Shown here: positions 1 to 13,095 of the stretch, piece by piece
How the letters are laid out: every line of letters begins with the position of its first letter
How positions within the stretch are numbered: the stretch's first letter is position 1
Assembly: GCF_006345805.1 (NCBI RefSeq)
Contig: NC_043001.1
Coordinates: 111,786,001-111,850,000 of the forward strand
Length of the DNA stretch: 64,000 nt
Origin: Octopus sinensis
Lineage: Eukaryota
Direction: 5' to 3'
The notes under the pieces: generated by a model
What the model was told of the DNA's origin: nothing
Database searches by the model: none
Seen by the model: the letters and a program-made list of their open reading frames with translations, nothing else
Translations under genes and position numbers: made by a program

Positions 1-106
1 TAATATAAAATAACAACTCAAAACAAATATAATCCTTCGTGGTAAATATAATCTTTCTGTCAGATTTTAATTAGAGTTTTTTAAATAGTTCAATTTTAGT
101 AAACAG

Positions 107-672
107 TTGGGTTGTCCGGAAAGTTTCATGCTGATTTATAGTAGCTTACCTTTTAACTTATTTTAGAACATGGTTGAGTCCATGAAATAGGATTTGACTA
201 CACCTCCATTTAGAGCACAGTATAAGCTGTCTTTTCGTGGAAAAGGTTTATGTTCTTATAACCTGTGTTAATTCTGTAACCCTTTAAAATGGAAGATAAG
301 AAAGTTCATTTTCGGCACTTGATGCTTTGGGAACCAGACAAAAATTGCTGATGCTCAGCTGGGATGTGTTACTCCACCTTCCATATTCACCAGATATTGC
401 TCCTTCGGATTTCTACTTATTCAAGTATCTGCAGAATAGTCTTAATGGTAAAAATTTCAATTCCTTGGATGATGTAAAAAGATACCTTGATGAATTCTTT
501 GCCATGAAACCACCTCAATTCTGGGAAGAGGATATTTTCAAGTTAAAGGAAAGATGGAGACGCATTGTGCAACAAAATGGTTCATATGTGGTTGATTAAA
601 AATGTAATGGCAAGTATTTATTGACCTTTTTCTTTCCTTTAAATATCGGCACGAACTTTCCGGACAACCCAA
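107..672 (+). mobile_element. Non-autonomous mariner (Tc1/mariner, DD34D type) internal-deletion derivative, 566 bp
   Basis: TIRs TTGGGTTGTCCGGAAAGTT (107) and AACTTTCCGGACAACCCAA (to 672), followed by TA. Transposase N-terminus MEDKKVHFRHLMLWE (ATG 289) is joined out of frame to the C-terminus GTRQKLL..HLPYSPDIAPSDFYLF..NGSYVVD* (327-599). YSPDxAPSD is the mariner catalytic motif. Confidence 0.93.
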
Positions 673-1059
673 TAGTTTTGCTATTTCATTTAATACCCAT
701 CTGAAAATATTAAAAGTACGAGACAGCTAAAGTATTGATGCCAATTAAAATCTCTGGGCATTTATCTTTATTTTAGTTGTTTACGTAACGCTGTAGAGTA
801 CTGCAAAACATATCTGTCCATTTTGGTTGAGAATTTAATACATTGGCACGCGTAAACATCTTATATGTGCACACAACATCTTTGAGGGTACAAAATGAGA
901 AACTAACTGGAGTAGTTTCATCAACGATCGAGTAGTAACGCTTAATGTTCAAGAAGATATAATTTCTCACCTGGTGATTGCTAGCATCCAAACTGCGGCG
1001 CTTTTGATACCTCTTAAGCATGAATTTCGAGTGTTTTATCGCTGTGAAAATGTCTTGTG

Positions 1060-1165
1060 TATTCTCTTAAGCTTTATATTTTACTTGATTCAGTCGGATA
1101 GCGCTCATGCTGGAGCACAACATTGATATATTTAGTCGAACATATCAACTGCAGTATTTATTTTG
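1060..1165 (-). mobile_element. Old remnant of SINE-A 3' half
   Basis: tttacttgattcagtc..catgctggagcac..tttagtcgaac resembles the reverse complement of the SINE-A tail seen at 6907-7116. Confidence 0.4.
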
Positions 1166-2539
1166 AAGTCTGGCGCTTCTCAGCGGGGGTATATTCCGCG
1201 CTGCACACCAATCAAAACTGACGAATTCATTGCAAATATCAGCCTTAATTGTTAATTTAATCACAAATCTCAATGGAAGGCTTTTGTTATACTCCTGCTT
1301 AAAATTTGGTGGCATTGGGTGTGGCAGAATACCTAATACACCAACCACTATATGCCACTGGGGATTATTCGTTCGGTCTCTTTGACAAAAGGGTCGTCAG
1401 CAACCAGCACCTGTTGCCTAGTGCTGGCGAGAGGCAAACATAAAGTACACTGGACCTGTAAACACGTGGTTAGAATGCGACCTTATTGATCACATAAGCA
1501 CGCCTGTGCATCTTATTTTATATATCATTGAGAAAAATTCAACAAAAACACAATTGGTGCAGATGGTATGGTATTCTACTAAATTGATAAACAGTATACA
1601 CACACATACACACAATATTTACACAATACACAATGGATGATTCAAACTAGGAGGTTTCATCATGTGTCTATATATAAATGCTTATATAAATATATATCTG
1701 TATATGCGTGTGCGTATATATGCAAATATATATATATATATGTGTGTGTTGTGTGTGTGTGTGTATGCACGTCTGCCAAAAGTGCGGAAGCACAAGACAA
1801 TATATTCCTTAATACGCAAAAATACGGTTTGTTACGTTTAGAATGCTTTCACTGTACGTGGGCTCCATGGTAGCTCATCTGCAGACAAGTGCAACAAAAG
1901 AATTTTTTCGTTCGATGATAAATGAAGGTCAGGGATTGTGGCCCCACATCCTCTGTTATTGATGTTATTAATATCTTTGGTTTGATAAATTTTGCCATTA
2001 TTCATTTTTCTCTCTCGAGAAAACTGCACTTAATAACCTCGCTATACAAAAGCGCATATAAAAAGCTTATACAAATAAAATAACTCGTTGGCGCTACAAT
2101 ATACATACGCATATATGCGCGAGTGTGTGCACCTGTATGTGTGTGTGGATACATCTATGTATATACATCATGTATATATATATATATATATATAAATATA
2201 TATCTGTATGTGTATACATACATGTGTGTATGTATGTATACAGATCAACACACACATATGTATAAATATATATATATATATATAGCTCTCTCTTTTTTTT
2301 CACTCTCTCTCTCTCTCTCTCTCTTTCTATATATATATATTTGCATGTTACACACATGGTATTATATATTTAATCATTTCGGTGAAATGATGTTGGTGTG
2401 TCAGTTTTCCCGTACGCGATTTTGCTTTTGTAGTTATTTTTATTCCCAGCTTAAATCTATCGCACAATTTTTCCTAAGGTTGTGCACTCGATAGTTGCAG
2501 CCGAATGTTTTGATTTATGACTTAGAAGGGATGGTACTA

Positions 2540-2563
2540 ATAATGATAATGATAATAATAATA

Positions 2564-2643
<80 letters not shown>
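2540..2643. repeat. (AAT)n microsatellite
   Basis: About 30 near-perfect AAT units. Confidence 0.95.
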
Positions 2644-2644
<1 letters not shown>

Positions 2645-2911
2645 TTATAAGTGCGGAAAGAGACACTGTGAAACATCTGAAAACTGACTGCTGACTGCTC
2701 TCACAGAATCAACCAGAACAAACAAGACCGAGGGCTCTGAGAAGTAAAACAGTAATAATAATAGTAATAGTTTCATTTAATAACCACATGGGGCAAAGAT
2801 GAGGTGGCGGAGTGGGGCATCACAAGGGCAGAAAACAATTTGTGTAAGGATTTACATAACGGATGGAGAGAAAGAAATGGAAAAGCGAGTGAAATGCATG
2901 ATAAATGTATA

Positions 2912-3623
2912 CAGTATTCCCTCGACTATCGCAGGTGTTACGTTCCAAAACACTCGCAATTGGTAAAAATCCGCGAAGTAGAAACAGTACTGTATATATT
3001 TTTTTAATTATTTTTTTGATTTGTTTATATTTATTTCATCATTTAACTACGGTAGTAGTTGAATAATATTCTTAAGGCCGCAATTTACTCACCACAGCAC
3101 CTTTCAGAGCTTGTCGCTAATTCAGTTCTAAATCAAATTGAAAACTGTTGGCAGCTTTGAAGAAGACTGGACATTTTGGCATAAAGAAATTGAGAACTGG
3201 TTCAGTAGAAAAAAGTTTACATCAAAATTTGTAGCAAGGTTATAAGGGAGTAAGTAATGCCACCAGTCAAGCTTAGATCTAAATAACTTTTTATTATTTT
3301 AAAAGCAAAATATATTCATCTTAGCTTCAACGACAGAAGAAAGCGTGAAGAATATTTCATAATTTGCTTCCCATGCAACAAAAATTTGTATAAAAAATGT
3401 TGTGGGGTAAAAAATGTTTTTGTTCCGTACTTTAACAGATGTAAAAAGCTGTCCTGAACTTTTCCAAGTGTAATAACTTGTCCTGTAATTTTCTAGGTTT
3501 ATAATCTTAAGAATATTTTTTCTCTTGCTCTCATTTTTCCATGTAATTATAAATGCAAAACCTCACTACAGAGGAATCGACGTAAGCTTAAATAATAAAC
3601 CGCGATATTACGAGGGATTACTG
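2912..3623. mobile_element. pogo/Tigger-like non-autonomous DNA transposon (MITE), 712 bp
   Basis: TA|CAGTATTCCCTCGACTATCGCAGG at the left and CCGCGATATTACGAGGGATTACTG|TA at the right: imperfect ~24-bp TIRs starting CAGT with TA target duplication. No intact ORF. Confidence 0.7.
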
Positions 3624-4224
3624 TACATAGTAAAAAGTATATTTAATCGGCAGAAACTTCAAAAGTGTATAAAAGGCGGAATATTTCACGCATGTGCAAT
3701 GCACTTCTTTCTCTTTCTACCTCGCTCTCTTTTACTGCGTTACGAGTTGGATTTCACCATAAATGTATGAATGTATATATCTATGCATATATTTCTAAAA
3801 GTATTTATGTATATATTTAAAAAAATATATATATATATCTTTAAATAGTATTCGATTGACTACACGGAAATTCATCCTATTTTCTTTCTAACGAGTGAAT
3901 GTATTACCTAGTAATGATTAACAATTTTAGAATCCATTTCTAAGGGTAGTACATTTACGAAACGATCGTAAGATATATTAAACTTTTAAACATTTTAAAT
4001 AATCATACTTTATATACTTATATATCTATCTATTAACACAATATTATTTTGGACCTACATCTTCTGTGATGACTTTTTGATGTACTTTTCCTGTACTTAT
4101 TTTAAAATATAATATATAATCGCTCTTACTAAATGTTTAAGTACCTTTAATGTTTTAGACATTTCCCTACCAAGAGCAGTTATTAGAAATTCCTTATATT
4201 GTATTCTCATTGAATATATCTGAT

Positions 4225-4229
4225 TAACG

Positions 4230-4262
<33 letters not shown>

Positions 4263-4928
4263 AGTACACATGTATATATATATATATATAAGTATATATT
4301 ACATGCATATATGTATTATATGTATGTATATATGTATATGTATATACATATATATATATAATTAAATATATATACATATACACACACATACACACATATA
4401 TATAGGTGTGTGTGTGTGTTGCTTTTCATTATGCAGTTTAGATTTATATTAGGACTTACTGTAATCAGATCAGATATCCTTCCCATCATATTAAAACAAA
4501 TTTTTTATGTGTTTGTCTTGTTAAAAACGGGAGAGTAATCAATAGACCAATGGATATCGTTACTGTGATTCTAATCCATTGATTGGACTATTCTTTAGTT
4601 GTCTAAAAATGTCGATCAAGCTAAAACTTGTATCCTGAATCTGTGCCAAAGTATTAGCTCTGATACAAAGACGGCTGTTGCCTCTCTCTCCTTCTCTTAC
4701 CCACCCTTTATCGGTATGTATGTATGTATGTATATGTATATATATATATATATTATATATATATATATATATATCGTGAGTGTTTGTGAGTGTGTGTGTA
4801 TGTATATATATATGTATATGGTATATATATATATATACTTATATTATATACATATAATATTATATATATACATATATATAAATATATATATAATATATGT
4901 ATATTATATGTATATATATATATATGTG

Positions 4929-4960
<32 letters not shown>

Positions 4961-5261
4961 CATGAATAGGGTGAGTGGAGAAAGAGAGAATGAGAGAAAG
5001 AACTACGCACGTTTATTTATATTTCTATGTATGCATCTAGCTACCCATATATATATTAACACATGTGTGTGTATGTATATTTGTTCATCATCCGTATCTC
5101 TGTCTGTGTCTGTCTCTCTCTCTCTCTACATACACACATATATATGTATGTATTTTATCTGTTTATCTTCCTATCACACCGTATCCATCTACTTAACTCT
5201 CTTTGTCTCTGCGTATATATATACATATGCATAGAGACACATATACACATTTACATACATT

Positions 5262-5292
<31 letters not shown>

Positions 5293-5324
5293 TGCACACC
5301 ACACATACACATATACATACATAA

Positions 5325-5386
<62 letters not shown>

Positions 5387-5420
5387 TATATATACACATT
5401 TAAGTCTTTGTGTGTGTATA
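4225..5420. repeat. Compound (TA)n/(TG)n/(CA)n microsatellite field
   Basis: Interrupted dinucleotide runs; source of the YI/CV-repeat ORFs. Confidence 0.9.
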
Positions 5421-5765
5421 TGTGTATGTGTGTATATATAAAGATATTTTTGATAGAGACATAGAAAACTGATGTGATCCCATTCCTTGTATTTGTTGCC
5501 TTATCGAAGCAATCTTGTTTTTGCAAAAGATAAAAGAAAATAGAAGAAGAAAAGAAAAAATCCTAATAATATTTTGTCATATCTGATTATGCGTGTGTTA
5601 AAAAAAAATATTATTTGTACAGAAAGAAAGGCAAGCGAATTCGAGCGATAGGAAAATGGCGATATCTTAAATCTGTGTTCATATGTTCAACAATGACTTG
5701 CAGAGAAAGAAGGCTAAAGTATGATAACATGGATATTAAAATTGTGTATAGATACAAAGGCGATA

Positions 5766-5767
<2 letters not shown>

Positions 5768-5817
<50 letters not shown>
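5768..5817. repeat. (GT)n microsatellite
   Basis: About 25 perfect GT units. Confidence 0.95.
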
Positions 5818-5820
<3 letters not shown>

Positions 5821-6402
5821 AAATAGAGAGCGAGAGGGGGGATGAGAAAGAGAGATTAAGATGGAGAGAGAGTTAGACGTTGAGGCACTTGTATGATATA
5901 AACTTAGATAGATACTGGCAATAAATTGAAAAAAGTTACTACTAATATAAATGGATCAAATTAGGGAGATCCATGGGGAGGGAATATATAGACGTGGAAA
6001 TTGTGAAAGGTACTAGAGAAGGAGACGTGGTGAGGAAAATGGTGAGAGGCAGTGAGACATCTAGACAGAATGGAAATATCAGAAAGGGAGAAGTATTAAC
6101 AGGCGGGAGAGATGATGTTTAAAAATATAGGACAATAAAATCTATGAAAATGGGGATTTGAACTGGATGGACCAGTGGAAAGTAAAAGAGAAAGAGCGAA
6201 AAAGAGAGAGAGAGAGAGAGAGGGGGGGGGACTGAAATAGGAAGAAAGAGAAATGAGAGCGGGCGAGAATAATGCGAAATTGAGAGTGTGTATGTGTGAG
6301 GTAATGCGAAATTGAGTGTGCATAATCGAAAGCAAAGGTATTGGAGGATAGAATAAGAGAGGCTGAAAGAGTGAGGAAAAGATGAGAGGGGGAAGACAGA
6401 CA

Positions 6403-6427
6403 AATAGATATATAGATAGATAGATTG

Positions 6428-6494
<67 letters not shown>

Positions 6495-6550
6495 ATAGAG
6501 ATAGAGAGATAGATAGATAGTCAGACAAACAGACAGACAGATAGATAGAC

Positions 6551-6601
<51 letters not shown>

Positions 6602-6612
6602 TAGATAGATAG
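6403..6612. repeat. (GATA)n/(TA)n compound microsatellite
   Basis: Direct inspection. Confidence 0.9.
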
Positions 6613-6906
6613 TGACATAGTGGGTGGAAAGAGGAAGAAAGAGAAAAGAGAGAGTGACTGAGAATAATGCGGAATTGAGAGTGCATAATGAAAAGCAGAA
6701 ATATTGGAGAAGAGTGAGGGAGGCAGAATGAGTGAAGAAAAGAAGGAGGGAAACAGAGAGAGAAAACGAGAGGGGGAGGAAGGGAGAGAATGATGATGAC
6801 GATAATGATATGTAAAAAAAAATAAAAGTACACAATAAGAGGAAGGAAGGAAAGGGAGGGTTAGAGTGAGGAATTGTGAGTGTGTGTATGTGTGTGTGCG
6901 TATGTA

Positions 6907-7116
6907 TACTCTCTTTACTCTTTTACTCTTTTACTTGTTTCAGTCATTTGACTGTGGCCATGCTGGAGCACCGCCTTTAGTCGAGCAAATCGACCCCAGG
7001 ACTTATTCTTTGTAAGCCTAGTACTTATTCTATCGGTTTCTTTTTCCGAACCGCTAAGTTACGCGGTCGTAAACACACCCGCATCGGTTGTCAAGCGATG
7101 TTGGGGGGACAAACAC
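6907..7116 (-). mobile_element. SINE-A 3' half
   Basis: Reverse complement of GTGTTTGTCCCCCCAACATCGCTTGACAACCG..GGCGGTGCTCCAGCATGGCCACAGTCAAATGACTGAAACAAGTAAAAGAGT, repeated more than 10 times in the window. Confidence 0.92.
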
Positions 7117-7186
7117 TGACGAACAAACTTATACACACACATACATACATACATACATACATACATACATACATACATACATACAT

Positions 7187-7316
7187 CCCCTTCAGCAAAA
7201 TCAAAAGGAGCTCGATGAGTCTCCGCAATCATCGACACAACCCACATTATAAATATAAAAAAATTAACAAAAAAAATCCAACAAATATATTGATATTTTA
7301 ACAAATTTACATACAT
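7187..7316 (-). pseudogene. ND1: NUMT: nuclear insert of a mitochondrial NADH dehydrogenase subunit 1 fragment
   Basis: Minus strand reads YVNLLKYQYICWIFFVNFFIFIMWVVSMIAETHRAPFDFAEG. This matches the conserved ND1 motif AETxRxPFDxAEGE, has T-rich mitochondrial codon usage, and is truncated at both ends. Confidence 0.9.
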
Positions 7317-7790
7317 CCATACCTCTCTCGTGACCGCTGGTCAACTAGCCTTTCGGCCTTCGACCGCCGCCGCGACAACACCGTTTTCTTCGTCTGCCGC
7401 AAAGGCATTTATTTCCAAATACGCCAGCTAAGATAAGTTAAACTGTCCAAAGTCGTAAGACACCCGCTGTTTTTGTCCTGTTATTACTATTCTTGTTTTT
7501 TTTTATTTTTGTTTTTTTGTATTTATATTCGTGTGGCATCGTCCGTTTTTCTGTCCTTGTTTCGTATACATTCGATCCTTTTTCCAAGAAATCTAATGCT
7601 CGTAGCTTAGTTTTTCCTTGGGGCTGGCCGGATCGGAGCGATCTCAGGATTAATCAGCCGAAATTGCGAAGATGATCCGGTTCCTGACTGAAGATTAGAG
7701 GCTTCGAATGACCCGTCCGTTTTTTGTGTCGTCTCTTTGTGTGTTTTGCGTTCTTGTTCCATTTTGTATTTTTTATATATAATTTTTATA
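7317..7790. other. Unclassified GC-richer insert, probably an interspersed repeat
   Basis: Complex sequence with abrupt edges lying between the NUMT and a (CA)/(TA) run inside a split SINE-A. No second copy in the window. Confidence 0.35.
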
Positions 7791-7802
7791 TATAATTTTT
7801 AT

Positions 7803-7895
<93 letters not shown>

Positions 7896-7947
7896 TATAT
7901 ACACAATGAAAATAAAATTATATATATATATGTATTTATATATATAT

Positions 7948-8087
7948 ACAACGGGCTTCTTTCAGTTTCCGTCTACCAAATCCACCCACAAGGCTATCTT
8001 AGAAGATGCTTGCCCAAGGTATCACGCAGTGGGAGTGAACCCGGAACCATGTGGTTGGTAAGCATGCTTCTTACCACTCCTGCGCCT
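7948..8087 (-). mobile_element. SINE-A 5' half (tRNA-like head)
   Basis: Reverse complement of AGGCGCAGGAGTGG..GGTTCCGGGTTCA..GGAAACTGAAAGAAGCCCG, with A/B-box-like Pol III motifs. Confidence 0.9.
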
Positions 8088-8113
8088 TTATGTATGTATA
8101 TATATATAGATAT

Positions 8114-8247
8114 ACGACGGGCTTCTTTCAGTTTTCGTCTACGAAATCCACTCACAAGGCTTTGGTCAGCCCGAGGGTATAGTAGAAGACACTTACTTGC
8201 CCAAGGTGCCACGCAGTGGGACTGAACCCAGAACCGCTCCTACGCCT
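8114..8247 (-). mobile_element. Second SINE-A 5' half, with an internal deletion in the head
   Basis: acgacgggcttctttcag..gtgggactgaacccagaacc|gctcctacgcct. Confidence 0.88.
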
Positions 8248-8825
8248 AATATTTTATTTTTCGTTCTTCTCAGTTATTGTTGCTGACGTTGCCTATATAT
8301 CTTAATCGGTATTTACCAATATGATAGACATGCTTTATTTTCCCTTATATTAACCAGTCACTTGCAAATTGATTCTCACACACTCATGCATTCACTGCTT
8401 ATTTTAGGCTCTATTCTTTCATCATGTGTTATGGTGCAGGATTGGTGAGAAAGCAGTTTAAAAATGGACGTTAGGATGAGCAGGTCTTTCTGATATCATT
8501 AATCAATTTCTAATATTGATTTGTAATTTTTCGCTCTCAGCTCGTAACTTGCTTCACTATGTTGTACTTAACAAAAGTATTGTTTGTGTTTATTTGTGCC
8601 ACAGGGAAATTTACACATCGAAAATTTTAATTTCCTTCGTATACCGGTGTACATTAATTAGTTTGTGGTTCTGTTAGCACAACCTCAGCAAGGATGATAA
8701 AATATATGTTCGTTGATGAGGAGACCTAATAAAGCCGAAACATATTTAGAGTTGTCTCCCCTGCTTGCTGAAGACCTTCAAGTCCTTTTCTTAGTTATGT
8801 TTCAAGTGGAATCGCCTTGAAATAA

Positions 8826-9022
8826 GTATTGGTTTCAAACTTTGGCACAGGGCCAGCAATTTCGGTGGAGTGGGAAAGTCAAATGTTACTAATTCTATCG
8901 ATCCAGAAAGAATGAATGGTAAAGTCGACCACGGTGGAATTTGAACTCAAAACGTAGAGACGGACGAAATGCCGCTAAGCATTATGCACTGTGTGCTAAT
9001 GATTCTGACAGTTCACCGTATT
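8826..9022 (-). mobile_element. SINE-B (older tail variant)
   Basis: Contains aaagtcgaccacggtggaatttgaactcaaaacgt, the reverse complement of the SINE-B core GAGTTCAAATTCCGCCGAGGTCGACTTT. Confidence 0.8.
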
Positions 9023-9842
9023 ATTTGCATTAAATATTAATATTCTTGTTAATTATATTCCCCTTATTGGCCAGAGAAGACGCCTACATTTTATAAACAT
9101 CTACACTCGCTACTTCTTGAAGGTGATTGGAAAGATGATTCATTTCGGTTTTGCTATAATGATAATTAGATAAAACACGCATAAGAATGAGAATAAAGAT
9201 ATTAACTAATCCCATGGGAAGCCATAGGTCCTCAAAGGGATGCTTCGACAAAAGCGGTTAATATGGAAGCGGTTTCACAACTCCTAACGATCAACAACAG
9301 AGATTTGAAAACGTGGGAGAGAGAAACAGAGATAGAGATAGATATATAGTTTGATAGATAGGTTGATAGATAAATAGATAGCGATGGGGAGAGAGGAGGA
9401 AAATTATATGGATTTATGTATATAATATTAAGTATAGTATATTAAATATTGGAATATTAATAACTCAAAGCATATGCACATACGTATCAAAAGAATAACT
9501 CTGGTGGAGCAGATTATTTCGTCGCCGAATACGAGAAGCAGGAACCAAGTAATCATTATGTAGTTGCGCAATCTGAAAAAAAAAAAATAGCAACCACATA
9601 TCTTCTAAATCGCATCTTGTTGGCGTAAAATGGAGAAAAAAATATATATCAAATATATATTAAAATATATATTTGAATAGACCATGCTTGAATATAGAAT
9701 ACCGCGAATTTATTTGATCATAAGTTTGCTTGATTATATCTGACAGCAAAAGTGAACAACGGAAATAAAATTAGAAACCCATCGCAATTAATACAACCAC
9801 AACCACCACCACAGCTATGACAACCATCACAATTACCATCAT

Positions 9843-9952
9843 CGCTAAGTTACGGCCAAGTAAACACATCAACATCGGTTGCCAAGCGATGATGGGATAC
9901 AAACACAGACACACAAATACATACATATACGTACATACTTACATACATACTT

Positions 9953-10002
<50 letters not shown>

Positions 10003-10145
10003 GACGGGCTTCTTTTAGTTTCTGTCTACCAAGTCCATTCACAAGGCTCTAGTCGGCCTGAGGCTATAGTAGATGATGCTTGCCCGAACCTGGAATCATG
10101 TGGTTTATAAGCAAGTTACTTACCACACAGCCACTTCTCCGCCTA
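9843..10145 (-). mobile_element. SINE-A (3'-truncated) with internal microsatellite
   Basis: Both halves are recognisable around a (TA)/(CATA) core. Confidence 0.85.
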
Positions 10146-11113
10146 CGCATTGAAACATTTTGAAGTTTGGTTACTCCCCTGAAACTTATCTCCCGATTCA
10201 TTTACAAAAAAATCCTCCCTCCTACAAACTTGCAATGAAGGCTTAATGTAATAACATAAAATTATAAAATTATCATTACTTAGTCATGATTAGCCTAAAC
10301 GAAACAAGTCGACTATGTAAGTATTTTACTTCATAAAAATATATCTTTTCCAATATGAAATTTCAGTACGTTATTCTTCTTAATATGTTTTACTATGTGT
10401 GTATGTATGTCATTATTCAGTGTGTCAGAGTATGTAATAATTAAATTATATACCTACGGCATCGTGTTTTATTGTGCGTTTGATCCTCCGGTCCGTGAAA
10501 AAATTATTAGATTATTTTGCATGAAGGCGTCCTTAATGCAAAATGCTTGGGAACCGCTGTTCTGTTTTACCCAGGATGACATTATTCATAGGTCCTTCAT
10601 TCTCATGAGGGTAACCTGTAATATTTGGTTGCAGAGCTAGTATTTTTAGTAAATCGAGCTACCGAATTGGAGCTACATCACTGGCTCATACTTAACGCCA
10701 AGTGAGTAGCGAAGTGCCTAGACAAAACTCTTGTTTTTGACGATGAAAATAAAATAAACAAGTGACTAATATTATTTTAATATACTTTCACAGTTTACTA
10801 TTTTGATTATTTAGTATAGTTTAATTTCCATGTAAAAAACAGGAGATATTCATTTTCTTTATAAATGTATGTTAATTCATTGGTAGATATTGATTTATGT
10901 ACACTGGCATTTAATCATAACGGTATGCAATTTAATTTTACACATCCAATGTAAATAGAACACATTGGTAATTAATTTAAATCATTAGCACAGTTAATTT
11001 TGATATTTGAATCTACTTGGAGTAACGCAGTGTTTGGGTGTATGCGTCTCTGTGTGTGTGTATGTGTGTGTGTATGTCAGTCTGTGTGTGCACATATACT
11101 TAAATGCACACAT

Positions 11114-11200
11114 TGTGAAAATGCGTGGTTTAGTGGTTAAGGTATTCGGTTCAAGATTTTGAAGTCGTAAGTTCGATACTTGGCAAACCATTGTGTCCTT
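11114..11200 (+). mobile_element. SINE-C head fragment
   Basis: gtgaaaatgcgtggtttagtggttaagg..gtaagttcgatac carries A- and B-box-like motifs. Confidence 0.55.
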
Positions 11201-11237
11201 GTTTGGTGACAGACATGTCGAGATTGTGGGTAGTACA

Positions 11238-11560
11238 GCGAAGGAGCGTGGCTTATTGGCATTCAGCTCACGATCGTAGGGTTGTGAGTTCAATTCCCGG
11301 CGACGCGTTGTGTCTCTGAGCAAGACACTTTATTTCACATTGCTCCAGTCCACTCAACCTGCAAAAATGAGTAGTACCTGTATTTCAAAGGGCCAACCTT
11401 GTCACACTCTGTATCACGCTGATTCTCCTTGAGAACTACGATATGGGTACATGTGTCTGAGGAGTGTTCAGCCACTTGCACGCTATTTTCTTTTCACGAG
11501 CAAGCTGTTCTGTTGATCGTATCAGCTGGGATCCACGTCGTCGTAACCGACGGAGTGCTC
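11238..11560 (+). mobile_element. SINE with head C + tail X
   Basis: tRNA-like head, central GAGCAAGACACTTTATTTCACATTGCTCCAGTCCACTC, and tail TACCTGTATTTCAAAGGGCC..GTAACCGACGGAGTGCT shared with 41591-41977 and 57071-57392. Confidence 0.88.
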
Positions 11561-11712
11561 CTTTATTTTTGGTAGAGATGTTGTTAGTGACAGTGATTGC
11601 ATGGACGTTGTCGGTTAAAATTCGGAAAAATAGAAAAAAAAAATCATTGAATGCATCAAGAATTAAAATTTCGATATTGGTTGTGATTTGAAATCAGTTG
11701 ATGGTATATATT

Positions 11713-11910
11713 TTTATCCTTTACTTAATTTACTCATTGGACTTCAGACACGATCGGGCACCGCCTTCAAGGGTTCACTCGAACAAATCAATACCAGTGT
11801 TTATTTTAAAGTATAGTAATTATTCTTACAATCTATTTTAACGAATCGCCAGGTTACGAGGACATAATATACCGCCATCGTTCGTCAAGCGGTGGAGGGT
11901 GACGAACTCA
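11713..11910 (-). mobile_element. Old SINE-A 3' half
   Basis: Diverged match (gcaccgccttcaaggg..gaacaaatc..ggttacgaggacat..gtcaagcggtgg). Confidence 0.6.
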
Positions 11911-12674
11911 AACACTCTCATAGCAGAAAAGGATTAATACCGTTTAAATACTATGTGCATGAGAAACGCGTTGCTGTCGCTTTATTTAGCATATCGACAA
12001 ATCAATGACAGTAATTAATTCTGTACTGTTAAGGATTTTTAGGATTCACCCGCAACAGAAAGTTAATATTCATTCCTGACGCTTAATATTCATTCTTAAA
12101 CTTTGTCGAGGTACAGAAAATTTCAGGCAGAGTAAAGTTGATGGCTTCTATTTCAGTTTATTAATGGTATTTCTTATGTCGATCACGGAAGTTTGGAAGG
12201 CAATGCAATTGATTCCGGGGGAATATGAACTGAGAACGTACAATGAAACTATGAAATGCTGCGAGGCATTTAATCCATTGTTCTGCCGTTTATGACACTG
12301 CTCGCCCTCCAAGGTGGGTAATGTTAAGCTTAAAAATTAATTGAACTACATCACTAGGTAAAATCGTTACAGCGGATAACAAAATATTTTGGATTATTTG
12401 CTCCAGTCTCTTCTATCAGAGTTCAAATCTCAAGATCCACGTTTGTCTTTCATCCTTTTGAAAGATTAAAATAAAATACAAATCGAGAGCTGACGATGAG
12501 CAGAATTAGTAGAGTTCAGACGAGATGCATTGCAGTATTTGTTTCGGCTTTTTATGCTCTTGGGCTGTGGACGCACTCGGTTGCTAGTTTTGACACCACC
12601 ATTTCTCTAGTGGTGCTTTAAGGAATTTTATCTAATAGAATTCCACACATACATTCTCATAGAATTCCACACAT

Positions 12675-13095
12675 TAAGGCGACGAGCTGGCAGAAACGTT
12701 AGCACGCCGGGCGGAATGCTTTGCGGTATTTCGTCTGCCGCTACGTCCTGAGTTCGAATTCCGCCGAGGTCGACTTTGCCTTCCATCCTTTCGGGGTCGA
12801 TAAATAAGTACCAGTTGAGCACTGGGTCGATGTAATCAACTCAATCCGTTTATCTGTCCTTGATTGTCCTCTCTGTGTTTAGCCCCTTATGGATAGTAAA
12901 GAAATAGAAATAGTATTTCGTCTGTCGTTACGTTCTGAGCTCAAATTCCGCCGAGGTCGACTTTGCCTTTCATTCTTTCGAGGTCGATCAAATAAGTACC
13001 AGTTACGTACTGAGGTCGATGTAATCGACTTAATCCGTTTGTCTGTCCTTGTTTGTACCCTCTATGTTTAGACCCTTGTGGGCAATAAAGAAATA
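12675..13095 (+). mobile_element. SINE-B head-to-tail dimer (full copy 12675-12908 plus 5'-truncated copy 12912-13095)
   Basis: Two consecutive GTATTTCGTCTG..GAGGTCGACTTTGCC..AAAGAAATA units, flanked by AGAATTC(C/A)ACACAT at 12661-12674 and 13096-13109. Confidence 0.92.

Noticed and set aside
4599-5526. Long YI/CV/HT-repeat ORFs here and throughout the window
   Set aside because: Dinucleotide and tetranucleotide microsatellite read-through.
8713-8750. Hammerhead-like TTGATGAGG..CCGAAACATAT
   Set aside because: Helix II is only 2 bp, helix I is unconvincing, and C3U lacks a compensating change at G8. At best a decayed relic.
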